64,000 nucleotides of DNA. It comes from an uncultured Gammaproteobacteria bacterium. Lineage in GTDB: Bacteria > Pseudomonadota > Gammaproteobacteria > GCA-001735895. Positions within the stretch are counted from its first letter, which is position 1, and each line of letters starts with the position of its first letter. The notes beneath the pieces were generated by a model. It had not been told where the DNA came from. It did no database searches and saw only the letters and a list, made by a program, of their open reading frames with translations. Made by a program: the position numbers and the translations under genes. The stretch covers positions 52,462 to 116,461 of the forward strand of contig CAZAVY010000001.1 in the NCBI GenBank assembly GCA_964488685.1. The letters are read 5' to 3'. Of the stretch, positions 38,809-48,918 are shown in pieces.

Positions 38809-39503
38809 TTCCGCCTCGTCATTTCAAGGTAAACATCGCGCGAGTTTAACGTTTTTCCATGCAAGTTAAAGTCGATCGTGCTGCGCAACACCGATTTAGC
38901 CAAATGTAATACCGAATGGTTTTGATAATTTTCTGCTGCCCATTCGACTATAATTCGACCACTCACAGAATCCCTCGCAGTTTCTTGACAAACCGTAAAT
39001 CCACTATTGATGACAAACTGGTAATATGCATTTGAACGTATCACGTTTCCAGTTACCGCTTCCCGGGATAAGTCCGCCAGGTAACCCAGTCGTTGCATCA
39101 ATTCGAGTTCGAATCTACGTAAGTCAGCTTCGTCGATCTCCTCCACGGCCTGCAGCAGTAATCCAACATAACTCGCGAAGATTTCAGGATTCGATTCACC
39201 CGGTGGTAACAGCGCGCCAATGAGTTCATTCACATACAACAATACCAGGTAGTTCTGTTCAATAACGGGTAGCGCCTGGCCCTCGATACCGGTTAGAGTT
39301 TTCAATTCCTGTTTTCCGCTCCAACCGATACTCAACATCATGAACGGTTGGTATGGCGCCTTTTCCGGATTGCGTCGCGCACCCCTGGCCAGGGCGCGAA
39401 CACAGCCGTAATCCCGGGTAAAGAAGTCCAGCAACAGGCTTGTATTTCGCCAGTCACGCCGGCGTAGAATGAACGACGCCTGGTCAGTGACCCTGGCTTC
39501 CAT
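38805..39503 (-). CDS. recO: DNA repair protein RecO
   Basis: The start is taken at [33 protein letters not shown], a typical RecO OB-fold N-terminus. The longer ORF-track start (39593) would overlap era by 110 nt. Position follows era-recO order. Confidence 0.85.
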   Translation of the reverse strand: MEARVTDQASFILRRRDWRNTSLLLDFFTRDYGCVRALARGARRNPEKAPYQPFMMLSIGWSGKQELKTLTGIEGQALPVIEQNYLVLLYVNELIGALLPPGESNPEIFASYVGLLLQAVEEIDEADLRRFELELMQRLGYLADLSREAVTGNVIRSNAYYQFVINSGFTVCQETARDSVSGRIIVEWAAENYQNHSVLHLAKSVLRSTIDFNLHGKTLNSRDVYLEMTRRK

Positions 39504-40386
39504 CGGAATAGCCAAATGCCGCCAGGGATTGCTCATCGTCGGCCCAGTCGGTACGCACCTTGACCCAAAGCTGGAGGTAAACCCGGGAACCAATGAGTCT
39601 CTCTATATCACCGCGCGCGAGTGATCCGACCTTCTTCAACAAATTTCCTTTGTTGCCGATGACAATCGCTTTTTGTGATTTTCGTTCCACCCAGATAGTT
39701 GCAGATATACGCGTAATATCAGTTTCTTCGAGATAATGATCGATATTTACTGTAATCGAGTAGGGTAATTCCTGTTTCAGCACACGAAATAGTTTCTCGC
39801 GCACACACTCCGCACTGATAAATCGCATTGACTTATCGCTAAGCTGATCGTCGGGAAATTGTGGCACAGCCACTGGCAGATACGAAACTATCAATTGTTC
39901 AAGGTGATCGAGATTTTCCCCGGTGAGTGCCGATACCGGCACCGATTCAAATTCGGGAACCTGTTGCGATACCTGTTGCATCACCGGCAAACAGGCATTG
40001 CGACTTTTTTGATCAATCTTGTTTAGCACTACTAAAACCCGGTTATAGCCACTGACTCGACGCAGAATTTTTTCGTCGTCGCAATTGAAATGAGAAACAT
40101 CCAGCAGCACGCAGATAAGGTCGGCATCGTCCAGCATGCTGGTAGCGGCACGGTTCATGTACCGATGGATGGCTTTTTGATGGTTATCGTGAATGCCCGG
40201 CGTATCAACAAATATACACTGGTATTTCTCGGTTGTTTTAATTCCGAGAATTTGATGCCGGGTGGTCTGAGGCCGATGCGCGGTAATACTGAGCTTTTCG
40301 CCTACAAGCGAGTTCATTAGAGTTGATTTACCGGTATTGGGTTTCCCGATCAGGGCGACATACCCACAACGAAACCCGGTGCTCAT
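39484..40386 (-). CDS. era: GTPase Era
   Basis: 300 aa with G1 GKPNTGKST, G3 DTPG and G4 NKID. The C-terminal KH domain reads VERKSQKAIVIGNKG. Confidence 0.93.
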   Translation of the reverse strand: MSTGFRCGYVALIGKPNTGKSTLMNSLVGEKLSITAHRPQTTRHQILGIKTTEKYQCIFVDTPGIHDNHQKAIHRYMNRAATSMLDDADLICVLLDVSHFNCDDEKILRRVSGYNRVLVVLNKIDQKSRNACLPVMQQVSQQVPEFESVPVSALTGENLDHLEQLIVSYLPVAVPQFPDDQLSDKSMRFISAECVREKLFRVLKQELPYSITVNIDHYLEETDITRISATIWVERKSQKAIVIGNKGNLLKKVGSLARGDIERLIGSRVYLQLWVKVRTDWADDEQSLAAFGYSDGSQGH

Positions 40387-41054
40387 TGAAACATCTGATC
40401 CAGCATGATCTGCGCAGCCTGTTGCTCCGCTTTCTTACGACTGGACCCGTTGCCGCTGGATTCCATACCGGGATCAATAATCCTGCAGCTAACGGTAAAC
40501 ACCTGGTTGTGCGATTTACCGGTGGTTTTTACGACCTGATAACTGGGTAGATCCCTCTTTTGCTCCTGTAAATACTCCTGTAATTGAGTTTTTGGATCTT
40601 TCAGATTCGAATTTTCTTCGGCTTCCTGTAGCAAATCCTGGTAAAGGCAAATGACCGCAGCTTCGGTTTGGCTATAGTCACTATCCAGATATATCGCGGC
40701 GATCAACGCTTCGAGCGCATCGGAAAGAATAGATGCCCGTCGAAAACCCCCGCTTTTCAATTCACCGCCGCCAAGGTGGATATATTGCCCGAGATCAATT
40801 TTCCGGGCGATCCGGGCCAGGCTTTCCTGTTTTACCAGGAATGCCCGGATCCGGCTTAAATCGCCTTCGTCAGCATCGATGAAACGGCGATAAATATGAT
40901 TTGAAATGACCAGATTCAGGATGCTGTCGCCAAGAAACTCCAGTCGTTCGTTATTGGTGCTGCGCGAATAGCTACGATGGGTCAGAGCCTGTTCCAGTAA
41001 TTCCTGCTGCCTGAATTGGTATCCTGTATTTGCGTAAATTATGTCTGGATTCAC
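40383..41054 (-). CDS. rnc: Ribonuclease III
   Basis: 223 aa with the signature ERLEFLGDS and a C-terminal dsRBD (DPKTQLQEYLQ...). Confidence 0.93.
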   Translation of the reverse strand: MNPDIIYANTGYQFRQQELLEQALTHRSYSRSTNNERLEFLGDSILNLVISNHIYRRFIDADEGDLSRIRAFLVKQESLARIARKIDLGQYIHLGGGELKSGGFRRASILSDALEALIAAIYLDSDYSQTEAAVICLYQDLLQEAEENSNLKDPKTQLQEYLQEQKRDLPSYQVVKTTGKSHNQVFTVSCRIIDPGMESSGNGSSRKKAEQQAAQIMLDQMFQ

Positions 41055-41440
41055 CGATCGATCACTATGCTTTCAACAAACCGTCCACCGATGAAAAGGT
41101 TGCCAACATATGAATCCTTGATTTCGTAGGTGACCGTCACAGTGGTTGTCCCGTCCTTGCGTTCCATCTTTACATCTTCTCGCATAATCGATCGAATTTC
41201 ATTGATATACATGCGTTTTTGCAGGCTGCTCCAGATAGCACGCTTGGATTTCGGATCAATTTCCTGATCTTGTTGCAATGACTCCAGCACGGATTTTAAT
41301 TTGTAGTTCTCATAATACATTGGAAAAACTTTGAAAAACGTTATCACCAGAAACCCGAAAATACCCGCCACTACAATCCAGCCAAAACTTGATATCCCGC
41401 TTTGTCGATGTCTCGAATTTGTCGTTCTGTTCATAACCAT
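41051..41440 (-). CDS. DUF4845-like small membrane-anchored protein
   Basis: 129 aa with one N-terminal TM helix. Its position between lepB and rnc is where this family occurs in Pseudomonas-like genomes (from memory). Confidence 0.6.
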   Translation of the reverse strand: MVMNRTTNSRHRQSGISSFGWIVVAGIFGFLVITFFKVFPMYYENYKLKSVLESLQQDQEIDPKSKRAIWSSLQKRMYINEIRSIMREDVKMERKDGTTTVTVTYEIKDSYVGNLFIGGRFVESIVIDR

Positions 41441-41444
41441 TTCC

Positions 41445-42275
41445 TCAGTTAGAAATCTTGCGGCCTAAGCGGGTCAAGTCGAGTCCAGTGCCATTTTCCC
41501 GCCAGTCCCAGTGCATCCATATCATAACAGCCTTTCCGACCAGATTATCCTCGGGTACAAAGCCCCACATTCTGCTGTCATTACTGTGATCTCGGTTGTC
41601 GCCCATGACGAAATAGTGACCCTCAGGTACAAACAACTCGCCATTGATACCAAAAGTAGTGCGGGGATTAGTCATCACTGTGTGTTTCTTGCCGTCGATA
41701 TTCTCGAAGTAAACCTGACATTCGGCACCCCCACGATCACAACCATTCGCGCCTTGCATCTTATTGAGATCACCCAGGCCCTCATACATGCGATCGGCTT
41801 CAATTTCTACAGGCTTGTTATTGATCGTTAAACGCCGATTATAGTAGCCAACGTGATCTCCGGGCAATCCAATGACACGCTTGATATAATCCTGCGATTC
41901 ATCCTGGGGATAACGAAATACGATGACATCGCCACGTTTTGGCTTATCACCTTTGGTTATTCGGTTTTGCCATACCGGAAACCTCAAGCCATAACTGAAT
42001 TTATTGACCAGAATAAAGTCACCCACCAGCAGCGTCGGCATCATCGAACCGGAAGGTATCCGAAAAGGCTCGAATAGAAATGCGCGCAACACCAGTACCG
42101 CGATCAGAACCGGGAAAAAAGCGCGCGAGTATTCAACCAACAACGGCTCCTTCCGGACTCTTCTGTGGCCAGCAGAGTTTCGCAGGCGTGCAAATAAGAG
42201 CACGTCCGCAAGCCATAGCAAACCGGTCACCCCAGTCAGGACCAACAACAATAGTTCAAAATCAAAATGGATCAT
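41445..42275 (-). CDS. lepB: Signal peptidase I
   Basis: 276 aa with the Ser box IPSGSMMPTL, the Lys box YIKRVIGLPGD and the motif GDNRDHSNDSR. Confidence 0.92.
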   Translation of the reverse strand: MIHFDFELLLLVLTGVTGLLWLADVLLFARLRNSAGHRRVRKEPLLVEYSRAFFPVLIAVLVLRAFLFEPFRIPSGSMMPTLLVGDFILVNKFSYGLRFPVWQNRITKGDKPKRGDVIVFRYPQDESQDYIKRVIGLPGDHVGYYNRRLTINNKPVEIEADRMYEGLGDLNKMQGANGCDRGGAECQVYFENIDGKKHTVMTNPRTTFGINGELFVPEGHYFVMGDNRDHSNDSRMWGFVPEDNLVGKAVMIWMHWDWRENGTGLDLTRLGRKISN

Positions 42276-42346
42276 TCAATATATCTCTACTTCATGCATC
42301 TACCTGTAACCAGCACTCCTTCAATGGATATCTCATTGAAGGAGTG

Positions 42347-44143
42347 CTAGCTATCAACCCTTAACACCGCTAGAAACGCGTCCTGCGGAATTTCCACTCT
42401 ACCGATTTGTTTCATACGTTTTTTACCGGCTTTTTGCTTTTCTAGCAATTTTCGTTTCCGCGTAATATCACCGCCATAGCATTTCGCAGTAACATTCTTG
42501 CGCAACGCCTTGACGTTGGTACGCGCAATAACATTTGAACCAATCGCAGCCTGGATCGCAACATCGAACATTTGACGTGGGATCAATTCCTTCATTTTGG
42601 CAGCCAGTTCCCGAGCTCGATAATCGGCATTGCTACGATGTACAATGAGTGACAGTGCGTCTACTTTTTCAGCGTTGATCAATATATCGAGTTTAACCAG
42701 CTTCGATGCCTCAAAGCGCAAGAACTCATAATCAAAGGACGCGTAACCCCGACTGACTGATTTTAGCCGATCAAAAAAATCCAGCACCACTTCGCTAAGG
42801 GGAATTTCGAATACCAGGGATACCTGGCTACCCAGAAACCGCATATCCTTCTGTACACCCCGTTTTTCAATGCACAGGGTAATGACGGCTCCAATATATT
42901 CTTCCGGCAGCAGTATATTGGCCTGAATAATCGGTTCGCGAATATTTTCAATCTTGTTGATTGCAGGCAAGTCTACCGGATTGTGAATTTCCACCAGTTC
43001 CCCTGCAGTCGTCTCAACCTGGTAGACGACAGTAGGCGCAGTTGTAATCAGGTCGAGATCATACTCGCGTTCAAGCCTCTGCTGCACTATTTCCATATGC
43101 AGCATACCCAGAAAACCACAGCGAAATCCAAATCCGAGTGCTTGCGAAGTTTCAGGTTCGAAATGAAGCGCAGCATCGTTCAACTTCAACTTTTTAAGCG
43201 CTTCACGGCAATCTTCGTAGTCGTCCGCGCTAACGGGAAACAGACCTGCAAATACGCGTGGCTGTATCTGTTTGAAATCGGCAAGCGCTTGATCGGCAGG
43301 TTGTTTGGCGGTAGTAATCGTATCGCCAACACCAGCGGATTCGATATCCTTGACTCCGGCGATGATATAACCGACACCACCCGCCTGAAGGTGGTCGGTA
43401 TTTTTTCGCTTGGGCGTAAAAATACCGACTTTTTCGACCATGAATTCACTGCCGGTCGACATCATCCTGATTTTCTCTCTGGGCTTAACCTCGCCTTCCA
43501 TCACACGCACCAGGGTTATAACGCCGACGTAACTATCGAACCAGGAATCGATCACCAGTGCCTGGGTCCTATTGTCTGCAGAACCTTTGGGTGGCGGAAT
43601 TTTGTCGATGATCTGCTCCAGCAAGTCTTCAATCCCAACCCCGGTTTTGGCACTGATCTCAATCGCCTCAGAAGCATCGATTCCAATAATCTCTTCGATT
43701 TCAAGTTTTACGCGCTCGGGATCGGCCGCAGGCAGGTCGATCTTGTTAAGGACTGGAATAACTTCGAGATTAAGATCGATCGCGGTGTAGCAATTGGCGA
43801 CGCTCTGCGCCTCGACCCCTTGTGACGCGTCAACAATCAGTAACGCACCCTCACAGGCAGCTAGCGAACGTGAAACTTCATATGAAAAGTCCACATGACC
43901 CGGTGTATCGATGAAGTTCAGGGTATAGGTATTACCATCACGAGCTCGATATTGGAGCGAGACGCTCTGGGCCTTGATAGTGATACCGCGTTCGCGTTCA
44001 AGATCCATGGAATCGAGCACCTGAGCTTCCATTTCACGCTCGCTCAAGCCACCACAAAGCTGGATAAATCGGTCTGACAACGTGGATTTGCCGTGATCTA
44101 TGTGGGCGATAATCGAAAAATTGCGAATCAACTCCATGCGCAT
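42347..44143 (-). CDS. lepA: Elongation factor 4 (LepA)
   Basis: The start is taken at [22 protein letters not shown]-domain motifs and the LepA C-terminal domain are present. The 19 extra N-terminal residues in the ORF track are unsupported. Confidence 0.92.
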   Translation of the reverse strand: MRMELIRNFSIIAHIDHGKSTLSDRFIQLCGGLSEREMEAQVLDSMDLERERGITIKAQSVSLQYRARDGNTYTLNFIDTPGHVDFSYEVSRSLAACEGALLIVDASQGVEAQSVANCYTAIDLNLEVIPVLNKIDLPAADPERVKLEIEEIIGIDASEAIEISAKTGVGIEDLLEQIIDKIPPPKGSADNRTQALVIDSWFDSYVGVITLVRVMEGEVKPREKIRMMSTGSEFMVEKVGIFTPKRKNTDHLQAGGVGYIIAGVKDIESAGVGDTITTAKQPADQALADFKQIQPRVFAGLFPVSADDYEDCREALKKLKLNDAALHFEPETSQALGFGFRCGFLGMLHMEIVQQRLEREYDLDLITTAPTVVYQVETTAGELVEIHNPVDLPAINKIENIREPIIQANILLPEEYIGAVITLCIEKRGVQKDMRFLGSQVSLVFEIPLSEVVLDFFDRLKSVSRGYASFDYEFLRFEASKLVKLDILINAEKVDALSLIVHRSNADYRARELAAKMKELIPRQMFDVAIQAAIGSNVIARTNVKALRKNVTAKCYGGDITRKRKLLEKQKAGKKRMKQIGRVEIPQDAFLAVLRVDS

Positions 44144-44242
44144 AAATGGTTTCCGTCCTGCCCGACCTCGTGGATTGTTTAAAAAAGGAATTACCAGCAC
44201 TCATAAAGAGCTGGCCTAAGATCTATAAAAAACCTGCGAAGT

Positions 44243-44482
44243 TTACGCTAAAGCGAGCGCAGCTACCAATGCAGATTCGTCGAAAAAGTAGTAGCAAACC
44301 TGGATATTTCCGTAATTCAGTACCGGTACCAACGCATCATACTTGCGGATTAGTTCGGTATCACGGTCGATATCGACCTCGTGCCAGCTGACCTGAGGGT
44401 GGTTACGGGCAAATGCCACCAATGCTTTGCGCATCGCATCGCAAAGGTGGCACTGTTCGCGGTAATACAGAGTTAACTGCAA
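44243..44482 (-). CDS. Glutaredoxin-like (DUF836-type) thioredoxin-fold protein
   Basis: 79 aa. LTLYYREQCHLCDAMRKAL contains a CxxC motif, and VPVL appears later, consistent with a thioredoxin fold. Confidence 0.65.
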   Translation of the reverse strand: MQLTLYYREQCHLCDAMRKALVAFARNHPQVSWHEVDIDRDTELIRKYDALVPVLNYGNIQVCYYFFDESALVAALALA

Positions 44483-44485
44483 ATA

Positions 44486-45901
44486 CTAGGAGTCTTCGGG
44501 ACGAATAGCTAAAAACACGGGGCCCGCACGCCGATGCACCAGCAGCGCAACCGACTTGCCGGTAGTCAACTGGTCGGTAATTACTTCAAAATCGTCCAGC
44601 GAATCGACGTTACGATTATCGATCATGGTGATAACATCACCTTTTAAAATTCCTGCATCGCCAGCAGGTCCAAACTCATCCACGTCGACTACTCGAACCC
44701 CGTTTTCAATTTTCAATCGTTCGGCGGCCTCACTACTCAATTCCTCGACCTTCATTCCAAGTGCGGTATCTTCATTCGCTTTATCATCACTCGGCGTATA
44801 GGCCGCCTGGGTAGTCGCGGGAGGCAGTTGGGCGATTTGCACGCCTATGCTGCGCTGCTGTTTATTGCGGATTACCGTTACCCTGGCCTGTTCACCGACC
44901 TTTGCGCGACCTACCAGAGGAGGTAATCCGCTTGAACGCATAACTTTTTTACCATTGAATTCGACAATCACATCCCCTACTTCGAGCCCGGCCGCTTCGG
45001 CTGGGCTGTTATCAAGCACTTTAGCAACCAGCGCGCCATGTGGATTTTCCATGCCGAACGACTCGGCCAGTTCACGCGTGACTTCCTGTATCAACACGCC
45101 CAGCCATCCACGCGAAACGGAACCTGTCTCCTTGATTTGACTGGCGACATCAACCGCCAGTTCGATAGGAATCGCGAATGACAATCCCATAAATCCACCG
45201 GTACGGCTGTATATCTGCGAATTGATTCCAATGACTTCACCTTTCAGATTAAAAAGCGGGCCGCCGGAATTTCCGGGGTTAATCGCAACGTCAGTCTGAA
45301 TGAAAGGCACGTAGTTGTCACTGGGTAAACTGCGCCCTTTGGCACTTACGATTCCAGCTGTGACGGTATGGTCAAAGCCAAAAGGCGATCCTATCGCCAA
45401 CACCCATTCGCCAACCTTGAGGTCGTCTGAATCCCCAAATTTAAGAACAGGCAGATCATCAGCGTCAACCTTCAGTACCGCGACATCGGATGCTTCGTCG
45501 GAACCAATTATTTTTGCAATGTATTCCTTGCGGTTCGACATGCGCACTATGACTTCGTCGGCGCTGGCAACTACGTGGTGATTGGTCAGAATATAACCAT
45601 CGTCTGAAATAATAAACCCGGAGCCGAGCGATTGCGAATCACGGCGTCTGCGATCTATTCCATCCCGATCGAAAAACTTTTCGAACAGTTCTCCAAACGG
45701 AGAACCTTCGGGTAACTCAGGGATCTTATATCGCTTTGAAGAAGCGGGTTTAGCACGGGTCTTGGTACTGATATTGACCACCGAGTCCTTGGCCTGATCG
45801 ACAATTACGGTAAAATCGGGTAATGCCGCCTGGGCCGCCAACGGCATGCTCATAGCGACGATAAAGAAAATTCGATAAAACTGTTTATTTGGAAATTCCA
45901 T
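44486..45901 (-). CDS. Periplasmic serine endoprotease DegP/MucD family (two PDZ domains)
   Basis: 471 aa with a signal peptide. The catalytic triad context is TNHHVV, DVAVLKV and GNSGGPL. Two PDZ-like segments are present. Its position after rseC corresponds to mucD in the algU-mucABCD arrangement. Confidence 0.88.
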   Translation of the reverse strand: MEFPNKQFYRIFFIVAMSMPLAAQAALPDFTVIVDQAKDSVVNISTKTRAKPASSKRYKIPELPEGSPFGELFEKFFDRDGIDRRRRDSQSLGSGFIISDDGYILTNHHVVASADEVIVRMSNRKEYIAKIIGSDEASDVAVLKVDADDLPVLKFGDSDDLKVGEWVLAIGSPFGFDHTVTAGIVSAKGRSLPSDNYVPFIQTDVAINPGNSGGPLFNLKGEVIGINSQIYSRTGGFMGLSFAIPIELAVDVASQIKETGSVSRGWLGVLIQEVTRELAESFGMENPHGALVAKVLDNSPAEAAGLEVGDVIVEFNGKKVMRSSGLPPLVGRAKVGEQARVTVIRNKQQRSIGVQIAQLPPATTQAAYTPSDDKANEDTALGMKVEELSSEAAERLKIENGVRVVDVDEFGPAGDAGILKGDVITMIDNRNVDSLDDFEVITDQLTTGKSVALLVHRRAGPVFLAIRPEDS

Positions 45902-45914
45902 GACTAATTCCTGA

Positions 45915-46385
45915 TTAATTCAAATGTGGTTTTTTTGACTCTGAACCTGGTCCGAGGTTCACATCAATATCTACTATATAAGGTGCCGGCAGATCATCTG
46001 CAAGCACCTTTGCGAGAAAAGTTGCAAACTTGAAACCGCCGATAAAACCGACAACCGATATCGACGCCACCAGAATTTCCGACGCGCCGAGGACAGCAGT
46101 GAACAGGCCCCCGAGAAGCATCCCCAGCAAGGGCAGGCCATAAACGATAAGGCTTGTTTTCACCAGCGCGGATTCTGACATTCCCAGCAATAATCTGTCG
46201 CCTGGATTGACCTCACAATTGGATTCTATAACGATCGGTTTCGAGCGCTGTCCCAGCAATCGACCCAGGGCGCCAGTGCCACAGCCCTGATTTAATTTAC
46301 AGCGAGCGCAAGCCGACCCTCTTTGAAGTTCCAGCTCAATCTGGTTTCCGTTGCAGCGGGTGACGATCGCCGATTCAGTAATCAT
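45915..46385 (-). CDS. rseC: RseC/MucC family protein
   Basis: 156 aa with an N-terminal Cys-rich segment (ACARCKLNQGCG) and two C-terminal TM helices, typical of RseC/MucC. Confidence 0.75.
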   Translation of the reverse strand: MITESAIVTRCNGNQIELELQRGSACARCKLNQGCGTGALGRLLGQRSKPIVIESNCEVNPGDRLLLGMSESALVKTSLIVYGLPLLGMLLGGLFTAVLGASEILVASISVVGFIGGFKFATFLAKVLADDLPAPYIVDIDVNLGPGSESKKPHLN

Positions 46386-46515
46386 CCCGCAAATGTCGGC
46401 TCAATTGGCATACGGCAGTTTGATACCAAACCGGGATGATGGCAAGTGGCGACTGCATACCTAATATTCCTTCAATAAGACGCCTTATGGTGGGAGTACT
46501 CGCGGCTAACAGCTG

Positions 46516-47502
46516 TTACCTTTGCTGGTAAGATACCGATTCAGCCATCTGTTTTACAGTGACAGCGGGCACCTCTCCAATCACAGTCACCGAGTGATTA
46601 TTCAGAATACGGATAAAGGCATTGACCGCACCCATCGACGAACCACCACCCCGGGTCTCACCAGTTTGGCGTTCGATGAATATTGATAACGAGGCCAAAC
46701 CATCGGTATATATCATTTGCTGCACGAATTCATCGGATCCCGGAATTTGGCGTTTCAGCACCGATTCCCGCCAAAATCCCTCCGGCGTGCTACCCAGGCG
46801 CCAGGAACTGTCCGCAGCAAAGGTTGTTGAACTTTCGCCACTGTGAAATCTCAACAGGGTGTAGTCCTCATCAATTTGCGGCGTTGTATCGACAACCAGT
46901 TTTTCATCACCGTCGAACAATTTTATATGGGTAAACATCACCTGCTCGACCACCTGTTCAAATTCGTTGATTAGACTGGATTTCATCATCAATCCATTTT
47001 CTTTGTTGATCCAGAATTTCATTCCGTAGCGGAAATTATCTTTAGGCTTGAGGTGCACGACCACGACATGCATGTTCGCAATTCGACCATTACCCAGCAG
47101 TTTCATTTCATAAAATTTTTCCAGGCGGGCGATGTCCTCCGGAATGAATATTGGTGAAAAGCTATTTTTGTTTGAGAAATCTACAACGACTTTTTGACTG
47201 GAAGGCCAGATACAGGTCAGATTCTGGTTGTCACGAATGATTACACGCGCCTCGCCGTTGAGTGAAAGCAAACGCTCTTTGACACCAAACGAATCCCGAA
47301 AATGCGAAATTTCCATGCTTTCAAGCTGATCTCCGTGAGCGTAGACGAAATTCCCCTGATAATTCAGGTTACGCATCGCATCCGACATCTTTTGCACCCA
47401 GTCCATCGCCGGATCGGCTAATACGGGCACACTGATCAAAAATGCTATGAGGATCGGAACCAGATTTTTAATCGGTAAAATCAAATATAAAGACCTGATC
47501 AC
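46516..47502 (-). CDS. rseB: Sigma-E regulatory protein RseB/MucB
   Basis: 328 aa with a signal peptide and an N-terminal WVQKMSDAMRNLNYQGNFVY motif typical of MucB/RseB. It has a 4-nt overlap with rseA. Confidence 0.85.
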   Translation of the reverse strand: MIRSLYLILPIKNLVPILIAFLISVPVLADPAMDWVQKMSDAMRNLNYQGNFVYAHGDQLESMEISHFRDSFGVKERLLSLNGEARVIIRDNQNLTCIWPSSQKVVVDFSNKNSFSPIFIPEDIARLEKFYEMKLLGNGRIANMHVVVVHLKPKDNFRYGMKFWINKENGLMMKSSLINEFEQVVEQVMFTHIKLFDGDEKLVVDTTPQIDEDYTLLRFHSGESSTTFAADSSWRLGSTPEGFWRESVLKRQIPGSDEFVQQMIYTDGLASLSIFIERQTGETRGGGSSMGAVNAFIRILNNHSVTVIGEVPAVTVKQMAESVSYQQR

Positions 47503-48185
47503 TGCGACGAATCAAAACCGGCCACCCGGGCCTGGGGAATTAATCCTTGCATCGAGTTTGAGTACTCGGTGTGATTTACCAGGTATCCGTTCAGTTTTTG
47601 TTGCATCCCGGGGGATTCGCTCTCTATTTTCCAGCGCATGCCTGAAACCTGTACCCTGGTTGAAACCGGAACTGCAGTTACCTGAAGCTGTTGGCTTGCA
47701 AGCTGCTGAATCATTTGCTGATCAATCGTGGCGAGACCATCATCAATCTGCTCGACCTCTTGACCGAGCGGCTGCCACAGTGCCACCGTTACAATGGCGA
47801 CACCTGCAGCAAGGGCAAGACCAGCAAAGGGTTTCAACGTCACCCAGCTCGTAACCGGGGCAGTTACCGCCGGTGTTCTGAATGCTGTTGATTCCAGACT
47901 TTGGGATTTTATCTGATCGCGGATTCTAGCCATGACAGTGCTATGAAAACCGGTATCGATGGCTTGCGGTAATTCATGACGCATTGCGTCACCAATCATC
48001 CGGTAGCGTCGCATGCGATACTGCAAATTAACATCCCCAATCACTTCATCGATAGCGGCATCGGTGTTGCCGCCGGGACAATCGTCCAGCAGGAATGATA
48101 ACTTTTCGTCTATATCTTTCATTTCAAAGTCTCGGTTCAAGCCAGTGTAAGACTTGTTATTACTAAAATCATCTACCTTAGTCAC
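47499..48185 (-). CDS. rseA: Anti-sigma-E factor RseA/MucA
   Basis: The N-terminal region EKLSFLLDD...RRYRMIGDAMRHE matches the RseA_N pattern. A central TM helix is present. The GTG at 48185 overlaps the rpoE stop. An alternative ATG start lies at 48122. Confidence 0.8.
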   Translation of the reverse strand: MTKVDDFSNNKSYTGLNRDFEMKDIDEKLSFLLDDCPGGNTDAAIDEVIGDVNLQYRMRRYRMIGDAMRHELPQAIDTGFHSTVMARIRDQIKSQSLESTAFRTPAVTAPVTSWVTLKPFAGLALAAGVAIVTVALWQPLGQEVEQIDDGLATIDQQMIQQLASQQLQVTAVPVSTRVQVSGMRWKIESESPGMQQKLNGYLVNHTEYSNSMQGLIPQARVAGFDSSQ

Positions 48186-48757
48186 TCTAACAGGGGTCTA
48201 AGTTCCTTATCGATCACATCTCTTGCACGAAATATTCGGGATCGGACCGTGCCAATGGGACAATCCATCACATCGGCTATCTCCTCATAGCTCAATCCAT
48301 CGATTTCGCGCAAGGTAATTGCTGACTTCAGATCTTCCGGCAATTTTTCGATTGCGCTGAAAATCGCGGCCTTGATTTCTTCGGTCAGTAGCAAGTTTTC
48401 AGGATTTGCGTATTCCTTAAGGCCGGACTCCCCCTCGAAATGTTCGGCGTCGTCAACATCGATTGCGTAGCCCGGCGACTTGCGTGCCCTCGATGCGAGA
48501 TAATTCTTTGCCGTATTGGCGGAAATGCGGTAAAGCCAGGTGTAGAACTGACTGTCACCCCTGAAGCTTCCTATGGCTCTAAACGCTTTGATAAACGAGT
48601 CTTGAGCGATATCCTGACACTCCGCATGATCGGATACAAACCGCCCGACCAGATTGATCACTTTGTGTTGATACTTTTGTACCAGGAGATCAAAAGCGCC
48701 CACTTCACCAGCCTGTACCCGTTTTACCAACTCTGCATCAGGCAGATCAGTCCCCAT
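48182..48757 (-). CDS. rpoE: RNA polymerase sigma-E factor (AlgU/RpoE)
   Basis: The protein is collinear with E. coli RpoE (LVKRVQAGEVGAFDLLVQKYQHKV...FYTWLYRI..NTAKNYL...LREIDGLSYEEIA..MDCPIGTVRSRIFRAR). The ATG at 48757 has AAGGG upstream. The ORF track begins at a TTG at 48763. Confidence 0.93.
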   Translation of the reverse strand: MGTDLPDAELVKRVQAGEVGAFDLLVQKYQHKVINLVGRFVSDHAECQDIAQDSFIKAFRAIGSFRGDSQFYTWLYRISANTAKNYLASRARKSPGYAIDVDDAEHFEGESGLKEYANPENLLLTEEIKAAIFSAIEKLPEDLKSAITLREIDGLSYEEIADVMDCPIGTVRSRIFRARDVIDKELRPLLE

Positions 48758-48819
48758 TTGCAACCCTTTTTGATTATAATTATCGGAGATAATTAATTCT
48801 TATCTTCCGCAATCCGAGA

Positions 48820-48847
48820 TAAAGACTGATTATACAGCAAAAGGTTC
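48820..48847 (-). promoter_or_regulatory. Candidate sigma-E-type autoregulated promoter of rpoE (overlapping a TATAAT box)
   Basis: On the minus strand I read GAACCT (48847-48842), a 16-nt spacer, then TCTTTA (48825-48820). Compare the GAACTT-N16/17-TCTGA consensus known for RpoE/AlgU promoters. A perfect TATAAT (48834-48829) lies inside the spacer. Confidence 0.35.
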
Positions 48848-48918
48848 GGCCTACCGGGAGCTTTTGAGATGTGAAAGAATTCACTATACTGGATCGAATT
48901 TAGCAGTGATCAATCAGC

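Noticed and set aside
42983-43825. A 280-aa plus-strand ORF. Similar long ORFs occur at 9990-10592 (+), 33074-33775 (-), 21678-22268 (-), 54621-55229 (-) and 11377-11847 (+).
   Set aside because: All lie entirely inside well-supported genes (lepA, rseP, the TonB-dependent receptor, the FAD-oxidase-like gene, the ABC permease and dxr). They are antisense or out of frame and have no recognisable motifs. They are typical shadow ORFs.
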